Shown here: positions 55,899 through 62,400 of the stretch, piece after piece | How positions within the stretch are numbered: position 1 is the stretch's first letter | Layout of the letters: each line of letters begins with the position of its first letter | Source: a virus | Taxonomy: Duplodnaviria > Caudoviricetes | IMG/VR virus record: IMGVR_UViG_3300030430_003380 | Span: 1 to 62,400 of that record | Length of the DNA: 62,400 nt | Reading direction: 5' to 3' (one strand) | The notes under the pieces: model-generated | What the model was told of the DNA's origin: nothing | The model's database searches: none | What the model saw: the letters and a program-made list of their open reading frames with translations, nothing else | Translations under genes and position numbers: made by a program

Positions 55899-57988
55899 GC
55901 TCTTATTCGTTTACTAAACATTCCTCTGTTATTATATTTTTTAACTAAAGGAGATGAAATCTTTAATTCTTTTTTAGGTTTTATATATTTTTGAGAAGCT
56001 AGTAAAGCTAAAGAAGAAGATATACTAGCATCGTATTTTGTTCTATTATCTATCTCGAACCTACTCCAGTCATCTAAAAGAGTGTTAAAATAACATCTAC
56101 CAATTTCACCTGTATTTGCATTGTATCCAACATAATCATATATATATGTGGCTATAGCTTCTGCTTGAGCATTTATTACTGCTGCACCAGAGCCAGGTAT
56201 ACCTTTAGTTTTTTGTTTACCTCTGCTCCATTCTGTATGAGTCATATCTGGTCTATCCATTAAATACTCATAGTATCCTCTGTTTTCAAAATACTTTAAT
56301 ATTCCTACTTTATTATTCTCTACTAATATTTGACATCCATAAAATACACACATCTTAATCATGTCTTCGTAAAATATTTCCGCTTTAGGAGGTCTATTAA
56401 TGTACTCACACACAAACTGCATAGACGCATCACTTGCCATGCTAAACTTATGGAATACATGAGCAGCAGCGTCAGACCTTCTACCATCCGTAGTGGTATC
56501 ATGATCATAAGGGTCACATCCTGCAACCAAAACATCTGATTTACCAGGGAACTTTTTGCTATATCTAGATGTAATAACATTTTGGTTTTGAACTTCTGGA
56601 ACCCAAGTAATTTCCCATTTACCTTTTCTGTGAGGTATCCAAATAACCTCGCTATCTTGTATGCCATTTTTCCAAACAAATTCACCTCTTGTTGTTGGAG
56701 TGTTATTTATCTCATTATAATCCATTTGTTGATAAATTCTCTCAACATCAAATATACAACTTTGCGTATCGTTTCTAAAAGCTTCTTCTACAGTAAATGG
56801 AAACTGACGTTTAAATTCAGATAAAGCTGTAGTGTCATCTTTTAATACATCTCTCCTGTTTTGTATATAATCTCTAGCACCAGTATCAATCATCATATCA
56901 TCAATACCCATAACAGGTTTATCTGGTGTATCTATAACAGAATAACCATATTCATCTATAAAACCTTCAAGGTTATCATAAGCTGGTATAAAAAGTTTAT
57001 ATAGACCACTTTTAGTCCTACCATTGAGATCTTTTTCACCCATGTCAGAGTCATAAAATATGTCTTTAAACTCTGCACCACCATCTTGTTGTTTGTTAGC
57101 AGTAGAACCCATCATACACTTACCAACAACTTTTCTACCTAACAAAAGACATGTTTGAGTTACACTCCAGTTTTTCTTTATAGAGTTTTGACCTGTCCAC
57201 TTACCAGCCTCATCATGTACTAGAAGTTTTAACTTCATACCATCATAACTATTGTCAGCAGTATTTTTCCAATCTATTATAGAATTTAAGGCTTCAGATT
57301 TTTCTATGTGTTTTTGATTTCTTGTTATCTTTTTAGCAGGCTCTCTAAATGCTAACTCTACACGAGGATTACTAGAACCATCCTGTATAGGTTGAAAAAA
57401 GAAAGGATAGTTTCTATAAATACGAACCACCTTATCAGTAAACATTGTTTTAGCATCAGCACCTGTTTTAGATAACAAACCAAAGTTACTATCGTAAACT
57501 TGAGTAGCTAGATTAACTATTTCGCTACTTGCCATGTAAGAAAAACCACTACGTCTGTTTTTAAGAAAACACATACCGTATGAGTTCTTATCGTTTTTAC
57601 ACGCTTCCCAAAAAATAAAGAACGTTCTATTAGCATCCCTGTAATCAGGATAACCAACATCTATTTTGCTCCACTGGAGAAACATATAATGAGACCCAGT
57701 GATATAAGTTGGAACACCATTATTATAAAACCACAAACCATCTCTTCTTCTTCTAAACTCTTCTTCTATGTAGTCTACATAATCTGTAGCATTCTCTCTT
57801 GTTAATCCCTTTGGTATATCCTCTCTAGTCCACTTTTGTTGTTTCTTAGGCAGGTTGTGATATAGTATATTTTTTTTATATCTAGGCTTTTTAGGTAGAA
57901 CTATCTTTAAGTTGTCAAACTCTAAGATATCACCTTCACTACCGTCTATAAGATATATTATATCATTTTTTTGCATACCTTTCAGCAA
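55895..57988 (-). CDS. terL: Terminase large subunit
   Basis: Walker A KNRRSGFS, Walker B LLVHDEAGK, GSTAN, nuclease GCDPYD...ENNK. Confidence 0.93.
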   Translation of the reverse strand: MLKGMQKNDIIYLIDGSEGDILEFDNLKIVLPKKPRYKKNILYHNLPKKQQKWTREDIPKGLTRENATDYVDYIEEEFRRRRDGLWFYNNGVPTYITGSHYMFLQWSKIDVGYPDYRDANRTFFIFWEACKNDKNSYGMCFLKNRRSGFSYMASSEIVNLATQVYDSNFGLLSKTGADAKTMFTDKVVRIYRNYPFFFQPIQDGSSNPRVELAFREPAKKITRNQKHIEKSEALNSIIDWKNTADNSYDGMKLKLLVHDEAGKWTGQNSIKKNWSVTQTCLLLGRKVVGKCMMGSTANKQQDGGAEFKDIFYDSDMGEKDLNGRTKSGLYKLFIPAYDNLEGFIDEYGYSVIDTPDKPVMGIDDMMIDTGARDYIQNRRDVLKDDTTALSEFKRQFPFTVEEAFRNDTQSCIFDVERIYQQMDYNEINNTPTTRGEFVWKNGIQDSEVIWIPHRKGKWEITWVPEVQNQNVITSRYSKKFPGKSDVLVAGCDPYDHDTTTDGRRSDAAAHVFHKFSMASDASMQFVCEYINRPPKAEIFYEDMIKMCVFYGCQILVENNKVGILKYFENRGYYEYLMDRPDMTHTEWSRGKQKTKGIPGSGAAVINAQAEAIATYIYDYVGYNANTGEIGRCYFNTLLDDWSRFEIDNRTKYDASISSSLALLASQKYIKPKKELKISSPLVKKYNNRGMFSKRIRA

Positions 57989-58256
57989 AAGATCCTTTAA
58001 AATCTTTTTTCTCTTCTATTAAGGATTCTCCTTCCTTGATTCTATCTTCAAGGTTTTTTATTCCTAAAAGAATTTCTTGACAGTCCTCAAAACATTCTCT
58101 TTTTGCTTTTATAGCTTGTCTTCTTTTAGCATCATCTTCTTCTATTAAAGGTTTACTTATTTCTTCTATAAGAAGATCTACAGCTCCTTTACTTGCTTCT
58201 ATTAACTTCTCTAAAGTTTTAAGAGCATAATCTTTATTCTGCTCCTTCATAAACAC
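57963..58256 (-). CDS. Putative terminase small subunit
   Basis: Short helical protein overlapping TerL start. Confidence 0.45.
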   Translation of the reverse strand: MFMKEQNKDYALKTLEKLIEASKGAVDLLIEEISKPLIEEDDAKRRQAIKAKRECFEDCQEILLGIKNLEDRIKEGESLIEEKKDFKGSFAERYAKK

Positions 58257-58803
58257 CTAATATATCAAAGTTTCTCATTCGTAGAAGAGACTCTCCATTT
58301 ATATCCATGTCGTACTCAGAGTTTTCACTAAAAAATACTCTATCTCCTTTTTTAACACCCTGCTCTTTCATCCAGTCATTTATATATACAGCATGACCAT
58401 GAAGCTCTACATCAGAAGCAGATGTTTCTAAAAATATACCAGATTCAGTTTTTTCTGCTTCTTTTCTTTCTTGTTTTACAAAGTTCCATATACCTATTGG
58501 TATCATTTCACCATCTCTTTCAACTAAATATATTTGATCTTTAGTAGCCTGATAAACTTCTTTATTATCTATATATTTTACTTTGTTTGAATCTGTTGCA
58601 ACAAAATGATGAAACCATATTTTATCACCTTTTTGTATGTTTAATTTATTATGCATAGGTGTCTCGTAAACAACTCCAAATTGTCTTGCTAACTTCATCG
58701 GGTTATAAGACGTGTCTCTATACAATTCAACACCATTTAACATAATGGTGTCTTCAGTTTGCTTTACCACTTCTATCCAGTAAAGATCTTTAATTGGCTT
58801 CAT
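58234..58803 (-). CDS. GroES-like co-chaperonin with two tandem Cpn10 domains
   Basis: MKPI...GVV..P...IQKGDKIWF and IPIG...KTESGIFL...VKKGDRVFF...INGE.L..MR..DILGV. Confidence 0.75.
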   Translation of the reverse strand: MKPIKDLYWIEVVKQTEDTIMLNGVELYRDTSYNPMKLARQFGVVYETPMHNKLNIQKGDKIWFHHFVATDSNKVKYIDNKEVYQATKDQIYLVERDGEMIPIGIWNFVKQERKEAEKTESGIFLETSASDVELHGHAVYINDWMKEQGVKKGDRVFFSENSEYDMDINGESLLRMRNFDILGVYEGAE

Positions 58804-58820
58804 ATTTATTTATTTAAAAT

Positions 58821-59090
58821 TTACTTAACTTCGTATTCATCTAAAACAGCAGTGTTATATTCTATTGCTGTGGGTTGAGAAAAAAACCTTTTCCAAGGTC
58901 TTGAAAACTCTTCTTCATCTTTTTTTATATATACATCATATACTACTTGTTGATGTTTATACCAAGCCGCTTCGTCTTGAATTATTGCGGTGACTTCTAG
59001 TGAACCTCCAAGCATCTTTTGACCTACCTGATAAGTCAATCCTTGCTTTAAGTCCCCTATTGTTATTTTTCTTATAATGGGATTTTCCAT
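58821..59090 (-). CDS. Conserved hypothetical protein
   Basis: IIRKITIG...YQVGQ...WK.F....IEY. Confidence 0.7.
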   Translation of the reverse strand: MENPIIRKITIGDLKQGLTYQVGQKMLGGSLEVTAIIQDEAAWYKHQQVVYDVYIKKDEEEFSRPWKRFFSQPTAIEYNTAVLDEYEVK

Positions 59091-59105
59091 ATTTATTTAA
59101 TTTAA

Positions 59106-60653
59106 TTAAGCTAATGTTCTTGATATTTTTATAAAGTGACAATAAAGAAATTTAGTTGTAGCTGATAAATTTTGTAAAGCTACAACTGGTTTTAATTGTG
59201 TAGTAGCTGTCATAGCTAAGGATTTTGAAGTAGAAACAGATTCAGTAACACCACCTGCAGTTGTTGTAGTTGGAGTAGATGTTAAGCCATATTGTATGTC
59301 ATTTACAAAAACACTAATTTTTCTATTTTCATCAAAAGCTAACTTTAATCTATAAACAGTACTAGCAGTGACTGCTACACCTAAATCTGTAATATAGTCA
59401 GTTCCACCTATACTATATATAAAATGAAGATTACCATTATTTGTTAAAGTTCCTGTTTCTGTATCATCATCACTAGAATATAAAAAATAAGCTTTATCGT
59501 TATCCGAAGTAATAGTGGCTGCAGTTGATAACTTCATTCCAGCCCATATTGCTGTATTTGTAATATCACTATGAGTTGATATTGCTACATTAAGTTCTGT
59601 TTGATACTCAGGATAAAAGTTTACATTTCTCCAAGGAGACGTGTTTATTAAGTCAGTATTATTTCCTTGATTACCAATTTTAGGATGAAGTATTACTTGA
59701 TCATTATCACCAGAAGTACTATATATTCTTAATCCTGGTTGAGCTCCAGCATACGATACATTATTTTCGCTAGAATTAGTTCCGTCTAAAGCCCAATGAT
59801 CATTAGCATCTATATGAGGATCAACTGTAACTTGAACTGTAAAAGTCATACTAGAAATATCAACATTAGCATTTGATATTCTAATTTTACAACTACCATT
59901 TGCTATATCATAAGCCATTACAACAACAGCAGCATTATCACCAACAGTTGCACTAGTATCAACTAAAACTGCGTGTATATAAGACTTAGTGTGTATCATG
60001 GTATTATTAAAAGTAAACTCTTGAGAGTCGTTAGCAGCTAAATCATTAGCAACTGTAGTAATTCTAGTGTTTTTAGTATTACTAGTCACAGCATCTGTAG
60101 CACTACCAGATTGAGTTATTTCAGCATCTTGTATGTCTTTATAAGGAAGTTTATGAAAATACTCATCAAGAAAATATCTATCTTCAGATTGAGAAATTAT
60201 ACCATTTACTTTAAGATTTGCGTTTTTATCTAAAGTCATAGATACAGATCCATTAGTACTAAAACTAAATGAATCATCAGCATGATTATAAGATATTTTA
60301 CCTACATCATTATCATTACTATCACCAAAAAACATATTACCCTGAGATGATGCACCTGACAATATAGATAAACCAGTATTTGTTGAAGACTCTAAAACAA
60401 CTTCATCAGCTAAAGAATTTGCTGTAACTGAGCCTGCAGATGTAGATAAAACATGTAATAATCCGTCAGGAGTAGAACCTGTATTACCAATACCTACTTT
60501 TGGAAAAACAGCTTTATCTGTAGATAATTTCATAGCAACATTATTTCCAGAACCACTTTGAACTTGTTTTAAAGTAGTGTTAGAAATTTCACTAGAAGAT
60601 TGAATTAAATTTTTATATGTAGATGCTATTGATCTTCCTTTTAAATCTGACAT
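59106..60653 (-). CDS. Tail fibre/spike-like protein
   Basis: MSDLKG..IASTYKNL N-terminus; VGIG..TP...LHV and G..FFGD....D.G.I.Y.H fibre motifs; lectin-like C-terminus. Confidence 0.7.
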   Translation of the reverse strand: MSDLKGRSIASTYKNLIQSSSEISNTTLKQVQSGSGNNVAMKLSTDKAVFPKVGIGNTGSTPDGLLHVLSTSAGSVTANSLADEVVLESSTNTGLSILSGASSQGNMFFGDSNDNDVGKISYNHADDSFSFSTNGSVSMTLDKNANLKVNGIISQSEDRYFLDEYFHKLPYKDIQDAEITQSGSATDAVTSNTKNTRITTVANDLAANDSQEFTFNNTMIHTKSYIHAVLVDTSATVGDNAAVVVMAYDIANGSCKIRISNANVDISSMTFTVQVTVDPHIDANDHWALDGTNSSENNVSYAGAQPGLRIYSTSGDNDQVILHPKIGNQGNNTDLINTSPWRNVNFYPEYQTELNVAISTHSDITNTAIWAGMKLSTAATITSDNDKAYFLYSSDDDTETGTLTNNGNLHFIYSIGGTDYITDLGVAVTASTVYRLKLAFDENRKISVFVNDIQYGLTSTPTTTTAGGVTESVSTSKSLAMTATTQLKPVVALQNLSATTKFLYCHFIKISRTLA

Positions 60654-60654
60654 T

Positions 60655-61041
60655 TTATTTTTTTCTTATTTTTTCTATAGACCTACCTGCAAAGTAAGCT
60701 CCATATACTGTTATTAATAATGTTTGATATATAGGTATATAACTTTCTTGAATAACAAACTCTCCTATATTGCCATCAAACACTGACAAAACTACAAAAA
60801 TTGCAGTTAAAAATATACATATCAAAGGTCTGATGTTTTTACTAAGCCAGTTGTCAGACTTCATATCTGCTTCCCAACGTCTAGTAACTTGTTCTTGAGC
60901 TTGTGCTTCTGCCTGAATAAGAACTTCTTTCATAGCTTTTTTAGCAGCCATGGCTTCTTCTTTTGATGTAGATAAATTATCTACAACATTACCAAGTTTT
61001 TCAATTACACCTCCACCTAAAAAACTTAATAACTTACTCAT
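60655..61041 (-). CDS. Holin (3TM/DUF3154-like)
   Basis: RRWEADMKSDNWLSKNIRP...YGAYFAGRSIEK; adjacent to endolysin. Confidence 0.8.
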   Translation of the reverse strand: MSKLLSFLGGGVIEKLGNVVDNLSTSKEEAMAAKKAMKEVLIQAEAQAQEQVTRRWEADMKSDNWLSKNIRPLICIFLTAIFVVLSVFDGNIGEFVIQESYIPIYQTLLITVYGAYFAGRSIEKIRKK

Positions 61042-61493
61042 GACTCAACAAATTTATATTTTGTTTTTCCTTTTTCATTTTTGTAAGCCTCAAGAACTTC
61101 ATTTCTGTTACTGTTTTTCTTTAAAGATATATGTATCCAGGAAAAATTAAACTCGTTTATCATTTGATCAAACTCTAAATTTGAATCCAAAATCCAATCA
61201 TATATAACTTTATTATTCATTTTTCCATCACTCCAGTATTGCAGGTCCAAAGCTTGAGCTTTGCTATGCTGACTGCGAGATGATCCACCAATAGCTTTAT
61301 TGAGTTGCGGGCTACGATAACCACTACTAATACGAATAGGACCAATACTGTCCCTAAGAGGTTGTATGAGGTTGTCAATAAGGTTTTGCATATTTTCCAA
61401 ATGTTCCTGAGACATCTCATTTTTTATTCCTAACCTTTTAGCTGTATTACTATGCTCAATTTCTGCACGAGTAAAATTTTTACTTATTTTCAT
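61038..61493 (-). CDS. Endolysin, peptidase M15A family
   Basis: ISKNFT..E, ISSGYRS..LN..IGG...SQH....ALD, WIHIS. Confidence 0.9.
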   Translation of the reverse strand: MKISKNFTRAEIEHSNTAKRLGIKNEMSQEHLENMQNLIDNLIQPLRDSIGPIRISSGYRSPQLNKAIGGSSRSQHSKAQALDLQYWSDGKMNNKVIYDWILDSNLEFDQMINEFNFSWIHISLKKNSNRNEVLEAYKNEKGKTKYKFVES

Positions 61494-61501
61494 AATTTAT
61501 T

Positions 61502-61840
61502 TTAAAATGCTTCCATGACTATTTCATCTATAGAATCTTGAACATCTTTTTTAGTAGCTTCCATAGTCATCATTATATTTGCTTGAAATCTTTTTACTTC
61601 TTCATTATTATTAAAAATTACAATAGTAGGCACAACTACTATTTTATATTCTTTAGACCATCTTGAATCTGCAGTTATATCAACTCTTTTGGTTTTGCAA
61701 TCTGTAAGTTTTGGCAACCAAACCACCTCATTAGTTTTATTAAAACTAGCATTAAATTCAACAGCAACCATACCATCAGGAAAATCCTGACTAAAAGCTG
61801 ATAATGATATAAAAAAAAATGTAATTAGTAATTTTTTCAT
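61502..61840 (-). CDS. Secreted thioredoxin-fold protein lacking CxxC
   Basis: Signal peptide AFS-Q; VEFNASFN replaces the WCxxC region; YKIVVVPTIVIF...EVKRF. Confidence 0.75.
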   Translation of the reverse strand: MKKLLITFFFISLSAFSQDFPDGMVAVEFNASFNKTNEVVWLPKLTDCKTKRVDITADSRWSKEYKIVVVPTIVIFNNNEEVKRFQANIMMTMEATKKDVQDSIDEIVMEAF

Positions 61841-61844
61841 AACT

Positions 61845-62129
61845 CTATCTTAAGTTATCAATCTTTTCTTCCATTCTAATCATTTGATTTTTTATCTCTT
61901 TTACATCTTCTTGAGTTGTCATAATAGTTTGTCGTATAAGTTGATCTTTCATATCATACTCCATACGAGTAATTTCAGGGTCAGGAGGCAGGGGTAGTTC
62001 TTTAGCATCTGCTATATCATTTTGAAGTGTAAACCACATTCCAACTAATGTAAATATAAGAACAGCAATACCCGCTAGTGTTTTTAAACTTATATTAAAT
62101 GATGTTTCTTCGCTTAATTCTTTTGCCAT
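61845..62129 (-). CDS. Single-TM protein with periplasmic coiled coil
   Basis: TM LAGIAVLIFTLVGMWF, Pro linker, heptads. Confidence 0.7.
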   Translation of the reverse strand: MAKELSEETSFNISLKTLAGIAVLIFTLVGMWFTLQNDIADAKELPLPPDPEITRMEYDMKDQLIRQTIMTTQEDVKEIKNQMIRMEEKIDNLR

Positions 62130-62131
62130 GA

Positions 62132-62400
62132 TTAAAATATTACATAATTAAGACCCACACTAAAGTTGTGCCACTGTCTGTTCCAATACTTATTGTACCT
62201 ACCCTCTACAAATATACCTAAACTTTTATTAAATCTATAACCGTATATTAAGCCAATAGAGTAATCTATCCATTGACCATTATTATACTTATGATATGAA
62301 TATAAATTATCAGTATCTAAATGATAAGGCATAATGTTTCCCCAAGTGTGAAACCAAAAATCTTTTGTAAAATGATAATAATCTAAACCTAAAACAAAAG
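62132..62400 (-). CDS. C-terminal part of probable outer-membrane beta-barrel protein (runs off window)
   Basis: Frame open to the edge: FVLGLDYYHFTKDFWFHTWGNIMPY...GLIYGYRF...GIFVEGRY...FSVGLNYVIF; amphipathic aromatic strands and terminal Phe. Confidence 0.75.
   Translation of the reverse strand, partial: FVLGLDYYHFTKDFWFHTWGNIMPYHLDTDNLYSYHKYNNGQWIDYSIGLIYGYRFNKSLGIFVEGRYNKYWNRQWHNFSVGLNYVIF

Larger units (their letters stand above)
1..62400. mobile_element. Tailed dsDNA phage genome (Bacteroidota podovirus-like, crAss-related virion module), apparently near-complete and circularly permuted
   Basis: TerL-portal-scaffold-MCP-tail-ejection gene order, lysis genes, phage recombination/replication genes, no host housekeeping genes; both ends fall in an open minus-strand secreted/OMP-like ORF. 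Confidence 0.93.

Noticed and set aside
3406-61420. Numerous short antisense or alternate-frame ORFs inside long genes (e.g. 3406, 4394, 7801, 8233, 12667, 23097, 27726, 46172, 56359, 61217)
   Set aside because: Shadow ORFs fully overlapping well-supported genes, mostly non-ATG starts with biased composition
1-62400. Stop-codon reassignment as in some crAss-like phages
   Set aside because: Genes are full length and tightly packed in the standard code, and TAA, TAG and TGA all end credible genes; no suppressor tRNA seen

Overview
AT-rich, densely coded window that looks like a near-complete (~63 kb) genome of a podovirus-like tailed phage of a Bacteroidota host, probably an aquatic Flavobacteriia. 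Host evidence: TAnnTTTG promoters, AT-rich leaders without Shine-Dalgarno motifs, Q+1 signal peptides and a T9SS C-terminal domain. The two window ends appear to cut the same gene, so the contig is probably circularly permuted. Layout: (i) minus-strand virion/lysis block (22.6-62.4 kb, continuing into 1-5.9 kb) with TerL, portal, scaffold, MCP, ring/tail proteins, muzzle, ejection proteins including a 3878-aa polyvalent protein, tandem GroES, M15 endolysin and holin; (ii) plus-strand island (6.0-9.6 kb); (iii) non-coding putative terminus/origin (10.5-11.0 kb); (iv) small early genes (11-17 kb); (v) recombination/replication block (ERF, RecE-like exonuclease, SSB, initiator, DnaB, nucleases). 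No DNA polymerase, primase, RNA polymerase, integrase, tRNA or CRISPR was recognised. Best candidates for new biology: a phage-encoded envelope cassette (T9SS-secreted LNR/Cys-repeat protein, OM beta-barrel, CxxC-less periplasmic thioredoxin fold) in the lysis operon; a muzzle gene split so that its first ~50 aa carry a 1290-aa coiled-coil appendage; a giant protein punctuated by (K/R)FQ(L/I) motifs with its own zincin; and a putative late small RNA antisense to a leader motif shared by early genes. All family calls are by motif recognition, with no database search.
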